From the NCBI GenBank assembly GCA_025060505.1, contig JANXBU010000003.1:138001-202000 (forward strand): DNA of 64,000 nt, given 5' to 3'. Shown here one piece after another: positions 28,190 to 38,068 of this stretch. The stretch is from Candidatus Calescibacterium sp. (GTDB taxonomy: Bacteria > Calescibacteriota > Calescibacteriia > Calescibacteriales > Calescibacteriaceae). Within the stretch, counting starts at the first letter, position 1. Every line of letters starts with the position of its first letter. The translations under genes and the position numbers were made by a program. Below the pieces are notes generated by a model that had not been told where the DNA came from, searched no databases, and saw only the letters and a program-made list of their open reading frames with translations.

Positions 28190-29617
28190 ATGAAAATAAC
28201 ATTGAGAACGTTTTCATTTTGGACAAACTTTCTTGTTTCAACGGCTGTGTTGGTAGGAATATTGGTTATAGTGAACCTGGTTTCTTACAGATACTATTAT
28301 ATAAGAGATCTTACAGAGGAGAAGGTCTATTCCCTTTCGGAGCAGACGAAAAACATTTTGAAGGAGCTTGAGAAAAAAGTCAAGGAGGAAGGGAAGGAAT
28401 TCAAAGTTCTTGCTTTTATGAGGGAGGATAGTCCGGAGACAAAAAAGTTTCAAGATATAATGCAGATTTACAAATATGAATCTCCTGCTTTCAAGTGGGA
28501 GATAGTTGATCCGGAAAAGAAACCACAGATTGCTGCTAATTACGATATAAGAGAACTTGGAACTTTCGTTTTTCAGTTGGGAGAAAGAAAATTGAAAGTA
28601 AGCCTTGATTTTGATGATCCTACGAAAACTCCGGAATCAGAGATTACAAATTCAATTTTGAAGCTTGTTAGAGTTGATGAACCGCAGGTTTGTTTTGTTG
28701 AAGGACATGGAGAGAAGGATCCAAACGATACCGGCCAACTTGGGCTCTCTGAGTTAGCATTAGCTCTGAAAGATGAAGGTTTCAGAACAATAAAGATAAG
28801 GGCTTGGGAAGAAGGAGCTTTGCAGCAGTGCAATGTTTTGTTTGTAGCAGGTCCGGTTGTAGGTTTTTCTGACGCGGAGATTAAAGCTATATCAGAATAT
28901 TTACTTCTGGGTGGCAGAGCTGTGTTTCTATCTGATCCGGATTCAAAAGATAATATACAAAGTATTCTTGAACCTTGGGGTATAGGTCTTGATAATGTTA
29001 TAATAGTTGATCCAAATTCTCGAGCTCTGGGAGTTTCGCCTGCGATGCCGATTGTTATTCAGTATGATGAAACTCATCCTATAACTCGTGGTTTCAAAAT
29101 TGGGGTTATAACAAGACTAACTCGCAGAGTTTTCATAAAGGGTAGAGTTCAGGGGATTGATGCAACAGAAATCGCAAGGACTTCTGAATCCTCATGGGCG
29201 GAGAATGACTGGGCATCTGGAACTGTTTCTTTTGAGATGGGAAAAGATATAAGAGGTCCAGTTCCGGTTGCAGTCGCTGTTTCCGGTATTCCGGGAACCG
29301 CTGGTGGCGAAGTTGTATATGGTACTATGCAAAACCCAGCAACTACGCAAGCGAGAATCGTTGTAATTGGAGATTCAGATCTTGTGGCAAATGGATTTAT
29401 ATCATTGCTTGGGAACAAAAACTTTATTCTTAATGTTGTAAACTGGGTTGCAGAAAGGGGAGAACTTATAGCTATAAGACCAAAAGAAAGGAAAAGAAGA
29501 ACCCTGGTTCTTACGCCAAGTCAAATAGGCACGATAAGAAATATATTTTTATTTGGCATACCTATTTTCTTCATAGCACTTTCTGCTTTAACCTATCTGA
29601 GAAAGAGAAGATTGTGA
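28190..29617 (+). CDS. GldG-like auxiliary component of an ABC-type transport system
   Basis: N- and C-terminal TM anchors and a large periplasmic domain. The family-typical pairing with the following DUF4340-like gene supports the call. Confidence 0.65.
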   Translation: MKITLRTFSFWTNFLVSTAVLVGILVIVNLVSYRYYYIRDLTEEKVYSLSEQTKNILKELEKKVKEEGKEFKVLAFMREDSPETKKFQDIMQIYKYESPAFKWEIVDPEKKPQIAANYDIRELGTFVFQLGERKLKVSLDFDDPTKTPESEITNSILKLVRVDEPQVCFVEGHGEKDPNDTGQLGLSELALALKDEGFRTIKIRAWEEGALQQCNVLFVAGPVVGFSDAEIKAISEYLLLGGRAVFLSDPDSKDNIQSILEPWGIGLDNVIIVDPNSRALGVSPAMPIVIQYDETHPITRGFKIGVITRLTRRVFIKGRVQGIDATEIARTSESSWAENDWASGTVSFEMGKDIRGPVPVAVAVSGIPGTAGGEVVYGTMQNPATTQARIVVIGDSDLVANGFISLLGNKNFILNVVNWVAERGELIAIRPKERKRRTLVLTPSQIGTIRNIFLFGIPIFFIALSALTYLRKRRL

Positions 29618-29626
29618 TTTTTCGCT

Positions 29627-31012
29627 ATGAGGATTTTTAAACAAACTTTGATTTTACTTGTTATTTTTGCCGGAGTTTTAGGATTTTATTTCTTGTATCT
29701 CAAACCTTCGGAAGAAAAGAAGAAGAAAGAGCAGGAAGCAGAAAAAAAACTGATAAACATTGAACAAGAAAAAATTCAGGAGATATGGATAACAAAGCAG
29801 AACGGAGAAAAAATTGGCTTTCGTAGAGAAGGTAAATCGCGCTGGAATATCATCTTCCCAATCGTTGCAGATGCAGATAGATTTGCTGTCAACCCAATAG
29901 CTTCAAGGTTCTCTTCTGTTGATATAGATAGGCTTATAGATGATACTGGTAATTTCTCTCCATACGGACTTGACAATCCACGGTTCATTGTGGAAATAAA
30001 AACTCAGGATCAAGTATTTACGCTCAACATAGGAAATAAGTCGCAGGTAGGTTACAATGTTTATGCATACCTTCAGGGAGACAAAAAAGTTTATCTTGTG
30101 AGCGCAGCTCTTGAGTCGGTAATAGATAAAACTCTATATGACTTCAGAGAAAAAAGACCAATGGACTTTATAGTATCTGATGTGAAAAAATTTACAGTCG
30201 TTCAGGGTGATAAAGAATTCCTGTTTGAAAAAGAGGAAGAAGGTTCAGAATGGAAGATACTATTTCCTGGCATGACAACATTTGTTGAAGGAGATGAATC
30301 CAAGATAAGAGATTTGCTATATAAGATAAGTGGTATTAAGGTCAAGGAATTCGTTTCAGATCTTACAGAACCCGTAAACAGTTATGGTCTTGATTCTCCG
30401 GATACAAAAGTAAGTGTATTTACAAAGGGAGAAGATGGGTATGATGAATTTTCTGTTATTTTGAAGTTCACCAAAGATTCGATTTATGGAAAGAGACCAG
30501 ATAAACCCAACATATTTTCTGTTGATGTGGATAGATCTTTGCAGGAACAGATTCTGGCGGAGAATTTCAGAAACAGACAAGTTATAAAATATTACGTTTG
30601 GCGTGTCAAAGAGATCTCAGTTGAAACTACACATGGATCTAGAATAATTCAGCGGGATCAAGTTGATACTGAAAAATGGTACCTTGTTGAAGGAAATACA
30701 AAGAAAACTCTTGAAACCTCAAAGGTTAAAGATGTATTGAGAAAACTTTCAGAGATGTCTGTTTTGAAGTTTGTTGGAGACAGTGTTGATGTATCTGAGT
30801 TTATAAAAGATCCGAAAGCGAGAATTAGAATAGATGTGGAAGGCAAGGCTGAACCATATTATCTGATTGTTGGAGATAGAAGGTCGGTGGATGGAGTTTC
30901 TGGAATATTGGCAGGCCTTATGGATAAAAAATCCGTATACATTTTTCCAGACCAATTAACATCAATCATAAACGAGATACAAAATCTACAACCAGTTCAG
31001 CAGCAACAATAG
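29627..31012 (+). CDS. DUF4340-like protein
   Basis: N-terminal anchor and repeated beta-rich modules. Sits directly after a GldG-like gene, as is usual for this family. Confidence 0.55.
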   Translation: MRIFKQTLILLVIFAGVLGFYFLYLKPSEEKKKKEQEAEKKLINIEQEKIQEIWITKQNGEKIGFRREGKSRWNIIFPIVADADRFAVNPIASRFSSVDIDRLIDDTGNFSPYGLDNPRFIVEIKTQDQVFTLNIGNKSQVGYNVYAYLQGDKKVYLVSAALESVIDKTLYDFREKRPMDFIVSDVKKFTVVQGDKEFLFEKEEEGSEWKILFPGMTTFVEGDESKIRDLLYKISGIKVKEFVSDLTEPVNSYGLDSPDTKVSVFTKGEDGYDEFSVILKFTKDSIYGKRPDKPNIFSVDVDRSLQEQILAENFRNRQVIKYYVWRVKEISVETTHGSRIIQRDQVDTEKWYLVEGNTKKTLETSKVKDVLRKLSEMSVLKFVGDSVDVSEFIKDPKARIRIDVEGKAEPYYLIVGDRRSVDGVSGILAGLMDKKSVYIFPDQLTSIINEIQNLQPVQQQQ

Positions 31013-31112
31013 GGACTGAACAGACGAAAAATTGTCTCAGGACGAAAAATTATCTTGACAGCTATAAATGAAGATGATGATAGAGAAAATTTTGGTGGTT
31101 TGTATGAACTAA

Positions 31113-32081
31113 TTATATAAATAGTTCTGAGACGCTTCTTCCTTGATATATTCTCAAGATTGCTTCTCCAAGCAGTTCCGCGATAGATACAACCTTTATT
31201 TTACCGTTGGATCTTTTATCTTTTCCATCAATAGGTATTGTATCGGTGACAACAAGCTCTTCAAGGCAAGATGAAGCAATTTTTTCCGGGGCGTCTTTGG
31301 AGAGAACCGGATGAGTACATACAGCGGATGCGCTTTTGGCTCCTTTATCAATAAGTGCTTGTGCTGCTTTTATCATTGTTCCGCCCGTGTCAACTATATC
31401 ATCCACTATTATTGCATGCTTACCTTTTACTTCACCTATTACGAAAACTACTTCTGATTCATTCGGAGCTGGTCTCCTTTTATCTATGATGGCGAAACCA
31501 CAGGAGAGTCGTTTTGCGTATCCGCGAGCTCTGGCTGCTCCTCCTGTGTCTGGTGAAACAATCACGATGTCATCACCTTCTCCCCATCTTTTTTTTATAT
31601 AGTCTATGTGTATGGGCATAGCATATAGGTTATCGACTGGAACATCAAAAAAACCCTGAATTTGTCCAGCGTGAAGGTCGACTGTAACGACTCTATCAAC
31701 TCCTGCCACTTGAAGAAGGTTTGCTACAAGCTTGGCGCTTATTGGGGCTCGTGGTTCAACTTTTCTATCTTGACGAGCGTATCCATAGTAAGGAATTATT
31801 GCTGTCACTTCTTTCGCAGAGGCTCTTCTGAGTGCGTCCATCATTATAAGAAGTTCCATAAGATTGTCATTGGTAGGTGGACATGTTGGTTGTACAATAA
31901 AGACCTCTGCACCTCTTACATTTTCTTTTATTTCTATCCAAATTTCTCCGTCGGAAAATCTCTTTATCTCAGCTTTTCCAAGAGGTATTTCTACATACTT
32001 TGATATTTTGAAAGCAAGTTCATAGTTTGCTGAACCCGAAAATATTTTTATCTCTCCTTTCTGTCCGGGGGAATTTAACAT
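31113..32081 (-). CDS. prs: ribose-phosphate pyrophosphokinase
   Basis: [27 protein letters not shown] and [10 protein letters not shown]. Start set at [14 protein letters not shown] because the longer tracked ORF runs into the tRNA. Confidence 0.9.
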   Translation of the reverse strand: MLNSPGQKGEIKIFSGSANYELAFKISKYVEIPLGKAEIKRFSDGEIWIEIKENVRGAEVFIVQPTCPPTNDNLMELLIMMDALRRASAKEVTAIIPYYGYARQDRKVEPRAPISAKLVANLLQVAGVDRVVTVDLHAGQIQGFFDVPVDNLYAMPIHIDYIKKRWGEGDDIVIVSPDTGGAARARGYAKRLSCGFAIIDKRRPAPNESEVVFVIGEVKGKHAIIVDDIVDTGGTMIKAAQALIDKGAKSASAVCTHPVLSKDAPEKIASSCLEELVVTDTIPIDGKDKRSNGKIKVVSIAELLGEAILRIYQGRSVSELFI

Positions 32082-32090
32082 CAGGAAGGT

Positions 32091-32162
32091 TTGGGGTGGG
32101 AGGACTCGAACCTCCACGCCGGGATCCAAAGTCCCGTGTCCTGCCAATTAGACGACACCCCA
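32091..32162 (-). tRNA. tRNA-Gln (anticodon UUG)
   Basis: Hand-folded cloverleaf: acceptor TGGGGTG/CACCCCA, D arm GTCT/GGAC, anticodon arm CGGGA-CTTTGGA-TCCCG, T arm GGAGG-TTCGAGT-CCTCC. CCA is not encoded. Confidence 0.9.
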
Positions 32163-32261
32163 GACCTACTGTATATTAAAACGAAAAATAAAAAAATATG
32201 ATAAATTCAGAATGCTTAATATGGTATAAGAACTTTTATTTTTATTTCTTTCTTTATGCTT

Positions 32262-33266
32262 TTATTTCTTTACTTCATCAAATAATTTCTTCCTTTTGAC
32301 CCATTCTGGAATTATTTTTATATCAGCTCTCTCAACTGCAAGGGAGTAGGAAGGTACATTTTTGTTTATAGATGAACCTGCTCCTATATAGCTATAACTA
32401 TCCAATTTGATCGGAGCTATAAGCATACTTCCTGAACCAACGAAAACATTGTCTCCTATTATTGTTTTGTTTTTGTTTTTACCATCAAAATTGCAGGTTA
32501 CAGTTCCAGCTCCTATATTTACATTTCTACCCAAAACAGAATCTCCTATATATGAGAAATGTTGAACTTTTGTATCTTCTCCTATCTCGGAGTTCTTTAT
32601 TTCTGCAAAATTGCCTATGCGTGCTCCTTTTTTGACCTTAACCTGTGGTCTCATTCTTGCAAAAGGACCAACCTTAACATCCGTTTCTATGTATGCCCCT
32701 TCAATATAGCAATACGGAAAGATCTCAACTCCATCTTCTATTTCACAGTTTGATATGGTGTTACCCTGATGTATTTTTACATCTTTGCCAATCTTTGATG
32801 AGATTATATATGTGTATGGATACAAAACAGTATCTTGGCCAATTTCTGAATCAAGTGATACATACGTTTCCTCGGGTGAATACAGAAAAGCTTTTTTACT
32901 GATCTCTTTATTTTTTATATCCTGAAGTATTTTGATTGCTTTTGAAAATTTATCTCCATCCGATATTCTGAATACGGTGCTTGGAACGGATGAAAATGTA
33001 TATTTTTGATCACCTTGTCTATTGATATAAAATACATTATCAAAATTTATTGACTTATTCTTTGAGTCAATGTATTCTGTGATCATTTGGACAAGATTTT
33101 GGTCTGGAGGTACAAATGAATCCTGAAACACGATAAATTCTATATCTTCAATGTTTCTTCTTATATTTTCCTTTACTCTGCTCAGAGTTATTTTGAATAT
33201 GTCAATTGTATCGAGTCCAATAATTTTTGGTATTTTTTTGCCTTGTTCTTTTAATATGATTTTCAT
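32262..33266 (-). CDS. GlmU-like protein: complete left-handed beta-helix acetyltransferase domain, with a short N-terminal domain lacking the signature motif
   Basis: C-terminal GPFARMRP, IGNFAEIKNS, HFSYIGDSVLG, NIGAGTVTCNFDGKNKNKT and VFVGSGSMLIAP match the GlmU acetyltransferase. The N-terminal ~135 aa has no LAAGxGTRM motif. Confidence 0.7.
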   Translation of the reverse strand: MKIILKEQGKKIPKIIGLDTIDIFKITLSRVKENIRRNIEDIEFIVFQDSFVPPDQNLVQMITEYIDSKNKSINFDNVFYINRQGDQKYTFSSVPSTVFRISDGDKFSKAIKILQDIKNKEISKKAFLYSPEETYVSLDSEIGQDTVLYPYTYIISSKIGKDVKIHQGNTISNCEIEDGVEIFPYCYIEGAYIETDVKVGPFARMRPQVKVKKGARIGNFAEIKNSEIGEDTKVQHFSYIGDSVLGRNVNIGAGTVTCNFDGKNKNKTIIGDNVFVGSGSMLIAPIKLDSYSYIGAGSSINKNVPSYSLAVERADIKIIPEWVKRKKLFDEVKK

Positions 33267-33284
33267 AAATTTTATTTTACCATT

Positions 33285-33854
33285 TTAAGTGGAGGTATTT
33301 TTTAAAGAGGTATTTTTTATTTTCTGTATTTCTTTTATATATGTGGTTATATACTGAGCTCCGGAAACAACAGCAAGAGCGAAGCACAGAACAAAAGATA
33401 CATCTCCAACGAATTGAGCAGATATTCCGAAATATTCGTCTTTTAGTATGTATGCTGATACTGCTACGTTTCCTGCCAGAGTTTTTAGTTTTGCTGAAAT
33501 AGAGCTTTTTATTTGGAAACCGTGTCTTTCTGCAGATGCTCTGAGGCCAAGAACCATAATTTCTCTAAGAACAATTATTGAGGAGGCTAAATTTGGAATA
33601 TCTTGAACTCCGATAAGTACTATCAATGTACATATGAAAAGTGCTTTATCTGCAACAGGATCGAAAATATCTCCGTCTGTTTCTTTTGGTTTATCTTTCC
33701 TGAGTCTTGATATAAAACCATCTAGAACATCGGTCAGGGCAAAGGTTATGTATAAGAAAAATGTGTATATTCTTGGTATTTCAAGTATTAGTAAAGCGGG
33801 TATGAGTAATGCTCCGAGTATTCTTGAAAAGGTTATATAGTTTGCTATTTTCAT
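33285..33854 (-). CDS. CDP-alcohol phosphatidyltransferase (PgsA-like)
   Basis: DVLDGFISRL...GDIFDPVADK. Start set at MKIANYITFSRIL, 7 nt after the upstream stop. Confidence 0.75.
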   Translation of the reverse strand: MKIANYITFSRILGALLIPALLILEIPRIYTFFLYITFALTDVLDGFISRLRKDKPKETDGDIFDPVADKALFICTLIVLIGVQDIPNLASSIIVLREIMVLGLRASAERHGFQIKSSISAKLKTLAGNVAVSAYILKDEYFGISAQFVGDVSFVLCFALAVVSGAQYITTYIKEIQKIKNTSLKNTST

Positions 33855-33861
33855 TCCATTT

Positions 33862-34653
33862 TTACTTTTTGCGTTTTTCAAGGAATTCTGAAATTTTAGA
33901 TTTTGCAAATTGTGTGGAAAGAGCGGAGGCACAAAAGAGAGCTTCTGTCTTGAAATTCTGATCTGTCCCACCGATCATAGATATATTGCAGAGCTCGTTT
34001 ATGTATCTCAAAGCTGTTTGATTCTTTCCTCTAAACTTTTTAAGGAGCTCAAAGGATGTTTTGATAAGAGATTCTTTGTTTTCACATGTTTGGTCTGCTA
34101 TTCCTATTTCCAGAGCTTCTTGAGAATCTATAAATCTTCCTTCCATTATGATCTTCTTAGCTTTCTGAACTCCTATGAGTCTTGATAATCTTTGAGTCCC
34201 ACCGTATCCGGGGAGTATTCCAAGGTTTATCTCTGGGAGGCCGACCTTTGCCGATTTTGTCATAACTCTGAAAGTGCAAGAAAGAGCGAGTTCAAATCCT
34301 CCACCAAGTGCCCAACCATCTATTGCTGCAACGGTCAGGTATTTTAAATTCTCTATCTTTGAAAAAATTTTCTGTCCTCTACGAAGATATTCAAAAGCTT
34401 GATGAATGTTCGGGAGAGCGTAAAGTTCATTTACGTCTGCTCCAGCCGAAAAGGCTTTTCCTTCACCAATAAAAATGACTCCTGATTTGTTTTCCAAATA
34501 CCATATCATATCTATTACTTCGTTGAGTTCTTCAAGCATCTTTGAGGATATGGCATTCAGATTTTCTGGGGAGTTAAGCTTTATTACAACTACGTCTTCT
34601 ATTTCTTCAACCTTTATTTTCTGGCTTCTTGCGTTGAAATCTTCCCAAGACAT
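33862..34653 (-). CDS. enoyl-CoA hydratase/isomerase (crotonase family)
   Basis: GEGKAFSAGADV and GGGFELALSC. Confidence 0.85.
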   Translation of the reverse strand: MSWEDFNARSQKIKVEEIEDVVVIKLNSPENLNAISSKMLEELNEVIDMIWYLENKSGVIFIGEGKAFSAGADVNELYALPNIHQAFEYLRRGQKIFSKIENLKYLTVAAIDGWALGGGFELALSCTFRVMTKSAKVGLPEINLGILPGYGGTQRLSRLIGVQKAKKIIMEGRFIDSQEALEIGIADQTCENKESLIKTSFELLKKFRGKNQTALRYINELCNISMIGGTDQNFKTEALFCASALSTQFAKSKISEFLEKRKK

Positions 34654-34703
34654 AACTGGAAATTATCAGTATATCAATAAACTTTTCATTATTCTGAAAT
34701 TTC

Positions 34704-35945
34704 TTATATTTTTTTAAGCACAATTGATGCATTTGTTCCACCGAATCCGAAAGAGTTATTCATTGCGTAATTTACTTTTTTCTCTCGTGGTGCCCAGGGG
34801 ACGTAGTCAAGATCGCACTCTGGATCTGGTTCTTCAAGGTTTATGGTTGGTGGTAAGATGTCTTTGTGTACGGCAAGAGCTGTGAATATTGTTTCAACTG
34901 CTCCAGCTGCTCCTATCATATGCCCAGTCATTGATTTAGTTGAGGAGACAGGAATTGATTTAGCTTCTTCTCCAAAGATGAGCTTTATTGCTTTTGTTTC
35001 AATTTCATCATTGTATTTTGTTGATGTTCCGTGAGCATTTATGTAATCTATTTTCGGGAATCCGGCTTCCTCAAGAGCTTTTCTCATTGTAAGTGCGTAT
35101 CCTGTTCCATCCTGTATTGGAGTAGTTATATGATGTGCATCAGCGCTTATTCCACAACCGACAATTTCCGCATATATTTTTGCACCTCTTTTTTTTGCGT
35201 TCTCATATTCTTCAAGTATGACTATACCGGCGCCCTCTGCCATAACAAAGCCATCTCGGTTTTTATCAAAAGGTCTTGATGCTTTCTGTGGTTCTTCGTT
35301 TCTTGTTGAAAGAGCACGCATTGATGAAAAGCCAGCGATTCCAATTGGTGTAATAGATGATTCTGTTCCACCTGCTATGACCATGTCAGATATTCCAAGT
35401 TTTATGAGGTTGTATCCTTCAATTATGGCATGAAGTCCGGCTGCGCAAGCAGTCGCAGGTGCCAGAGCGCAACCTCGGGCTCCTGTTTTTATTGATACAA
35501 GACCAGCTGCCATATTAATTATCGCTACAGGAATGGCAAGAGGGGAAACTCTTCTCGGTCCCTTTTCAAGAAGTATTTTGGTAGAATCCTCTATAATTTT
35601 CAGTCCACCTATTCCGCATCCTATTATTACTCCAACTTTTTCAGGTGAGTAGCTTATTGAAACTTTTGAGTTTGTTATGAACCCGCAATCTTCAAGTGCT
35701 TCATAAGTTGCAGAAAGAGCGAACAACTCGAACCTTTCATACCTCTGTAATTCCTTTTCATCAACTAACCTTGGTGTAAAGCTTTTTACCTCACCTGCTA
35801 TTTTTACAGGAAAATCTTTTGCATCAAAAAGAGTTATATTACCTATGCCAGATTTGCCGTTCAAGATGTTCTCAAATGTTTCTTTTGTGCTTTGACCAAT
35901 AGGCGTTACGCATCCGAGACCTGTTATCACTACTCTCCTTGACAT
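34704..35945 (-). CDS. fabF: beta-ketoacyl-ACP synthase II
   Basis: Active-site Cys context PATACAAG, HGTSTKYND, GHMIGAAG and NSFGFGGTN. Confidence 0.9.
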   Translation of the reverse strand: MSRRVVITGLGCVTPIGQSTKETFENILNGKSGIGNITLFDAKDFPVKIAGEVKSFTPRLVDEKELQRYERFELFALSATYEALEDCGFITNSKVSISYSPEKVGVIIGCGIGGLKIIEDSTKILLEKGPRRVSPLAIPVAIINMAAGLVSIKTGARGCALAPATACAAGLHAIIEGYNLIKLGISDMVIAGGTESSITPIGIAGFSSMRALSTRNEEPQKASRPFDKNRDGFVMAEGAGIVILEEYENAKKRGAKIYAEIVGCGISADAHHITTPIQDGTGYALTMRKALEEAGFPKIDYINAHGTSTKYNDEIETKAIKLIFGEEAKSIPVSSTKSMTGHMIGAAGAVETIFTALAVHKDILPPTINLEEPDPECDLDYVPWAPREKKVNYAMNNSFGFGGTNASIVLKKI

Positions 35946-36043
35946 AATATCACATTTTAGTTTGCAAAATATCTTTTATGTAATAAAGAAAAATTTAAAA
36001 AATTTTTTGGTTTGTGTATTTTGATTTCAGCGTGTAAAGGATC

Positions 36044-36090
36044 TTGCTTTTTCTGATTACTTTTTCTGATTATTTTACTTTTTTCTGCTG
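36044..36090. repeat. 13-nt unit CTTTTTCTGATTA in two perfect copies (36047-36072), plus a diverged copy that forms the last codons and stop of the HIT gene
   Basis: Read directly from the sequence. Each copy carries TTA (TAA on the coding strand). Confidence 0.85.
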
Positions 36091-36626
36091 TATTCTTTGT
36101 TTTTAATTTTTTCTTCAATTATAGCATATAATTTTTCTTTTATTTTTCTTGTGGTGTTGAGTATGTCTTCTACTATTACTTTTGAGTTACCGGTAACGAA
36201 CATAAAATTTGTATCTCCGGCCCATCTTGGGACAACATGTATATGTATGTGATCTTCAAGCCCAGCACCTGCTATTTTGCCAAGATTTATTCCTATATTA
36301 AATCCGTGGGGCTTTATAGCTTCACGTAGAGCTTCTATTGAGAGTTCAAGGAGTTCAAATATCTCTATTCTTTCTTCAAGGGAGATTTCGCTGATTTCTG
36401 CCGTGTGGGTTTTAGGACATATCATAACATGTCCGGAGTTATACGGGTACTTATTCATTATTATCATCGATTGTTTGCCACGGTAAACAACAAGTTTGTC
36501 TTTGTCTATACCGTTCCAAGATTCGCAGAGAAAGCATGGTTCCTTTTCACCAGATTTTGCCTTTTCTATGTAATCAATACGCCAAGGTGCCCAAAGTATT
36601 CTCAAAACCTTTTCCCACATCAACAA
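36075..36626 (-). CDS. HIT-family nucleotide hydrolase/transferase (Ap4A phosphorylase-like)
   Basis: HVMICPKTH, and the histidine triad HIHIHVVPR. Confidence 0.8.
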   Translation of the reverse strand: MLMWEKVLRILWAPWRIDYIEKAKSGEKEPCFLCESWNGIDKDKLVVYRGKQSMIIMNKYPYNSGHVMICPKTHTAEISEISLEERIEIFELLELSIEALREAIKPHGFNIGINLGKIAGAGLEDHIHIHVVPRWAGDTNFMFVTGNSKVIVEDILNTTRKIKEKLYAIIEEKIKNKEYSRKK

Positions 36627-36683
36627 AAAAATAATCAGATATACTAAAAATAAACTTTTTGAGAAATTATGGATTTATAGGTT

Positions 36684-37997
36684 ATGAAAACTGTTTTGAT
36701 TTCCGGAATATCTTCAAACAGTGGTAAGACAGTTGTTTCTTTGTGTATAGAAAGCGGTCTTCAGAAGCTTGGGAAAAAATTTACAGCTTTCAAGTTCGGA
36801 CCGGATTTTATAGATCCTTCATACCACAGACTGTTTGCAGAATGCTACAATCTTGATCCTGTGATGAGCTCTCCTGATTTTGTAAAGTATCTTTTTGCAA
36901 CCAAATCTTCTGAGTACAACTTGATTGAGGGAGCAATGGGTATATTTGATGGGGAAACATATGGTTCAAGTACATATGATCTATCTAAGATTCTTGGTGC
37001 AAAAATAATTCTCTGTATAGATGTCTTTGCAATGGGTGAGAGCATCAGAGCTATTGCCAAAGGACTAAAAGATGTAATATCTGGAATTGTGGCAGTAAAA
37101 GTTGGTTCTGAGCATCATCTTGAAATAATAACAAAAGCTCTCGAAAAAGAAAATGTCAAACTTCTTGGATACTTACCGAAATCTGAAAAGTTTGAGATAC
37201 CTTCAAGACACCTTGGATTGTACCTTGCAGATGAGGTAAAGCAGAAGATAAAAAAGGATGAACTTCAAGATATATTTTTCAAATTCTTTGATGTTGATCA
37301 GATAATGAAGATATTTGATCAATCAGACGTAAGATTTGAATATTCGCAAGACATAGAAAACAAAATTTTTGGATCTGTTAATTACGAATCCTTGAAAAAA
37401 AGAAAGGTAGCTATTCTATCAGGTAGTTATTTTCCTTTTATTTATCCTGAGAACATTTTTATTCTGAGAAGACTTGGATTTGATGTCTATGAGATTGAAC
37501 TTGATCAAAAACCATTGGATTTTGATGTCTTGTTCATTCCGGGTGGATACCCAGAGAATTTTGCAGATGAGATGGAAGAGATTGTTGCTAAACTGATGGA
37601 ATTTTTAAAGATACCAAAACTCGTTGTAGCAGAGTGCGGAGGACTTGAAATACTTTCAAGCAAAATCTTATATAACGGAAGAGAGATAAAGTGTGCAGGT
37701 GTATTTCCATTTGAGATAAAGATAGAAGAAAAACTGCAAGCTCTTGGATGGAGGAAACTTGAGAACAAAAATAAAGAAGTATGGCAAAAAGGTCATGAAT
37801 TTCATTATGGAAAGATATCGAATATTAATCCAGAAGGAATATTTTTGAAATATGATTCAAAGGGCAGATTGCTTGGATCGGATGGTTTTGTAAAAGAAAA
37901 GTTTATTGCATTATGGACACATCTTTATTTTGGATCAAATCCGAAATCTATCGCTGAGCTTATATCAAGCTGTTCTGTTGGTGGGATTTCAAATTAG
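36684..37997 (+). CDS. cbiA: cobyrinate a,c-diamide synthase
   Basis: N-terminal SSNSGKT loop, GPDFIDPSYH, and a C-terminal GATase with ECGGLE. Confidence 0.8.
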   Translation: MKTVLISGISSNSGKTVVSLCIESGLQKLGKKFTAFKFGPDFIDPSYHRLFAECYNLDPVMSSPDFVKYLFATKSSEYNLIEGAMGIFDGETYGSSTYDLSKILGAKIILCIDVFAMGESIRAIAKGLKDVISGIVAVKVGSEHHLEIITKALEKENVKLLGYLPKSEKFEIPSRHLGLYLADEVKQKIKKDELQDIFFKFFDVDQIMKIFDQSDVRFEYSQDIENKIFGSVNYESLKKRKVAILSGSYFPFIYPENIFILRRLGFDVYEIELDQKPLDFDVLFIPGGYPENFADEMEEIVAKLMEFLKIPKLVVAECGGLEILSSKILYNGREIKCAGVFPFEIKIEEKLQALGWRKLENKNKEVWQKGHEFHYGKISNINPEGIFLKYDSKGRLLGSDGFVKEKFIALWTHLYFGSNPKSIAELISSCSVGGISN

Positions 37998-38068
37998 GTA
38001 AGTCTTCATTCTAAAAATTTGCAACAATCTTTTGATGTAGTATAAAATATATCGGTTTGGTTTTGTTT

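Noticed and set aside
32082-32147. N-terminal 22-aa extension of the tracked prs ORF ([22 protein letters not shown]...)
   Set aside because: These codons are the reverse-strand reading of tRNA-Gln itself. Prs homologues begin at the position of the [14 protein letters not shown] start, so the extension is an ORF-caller artefact.
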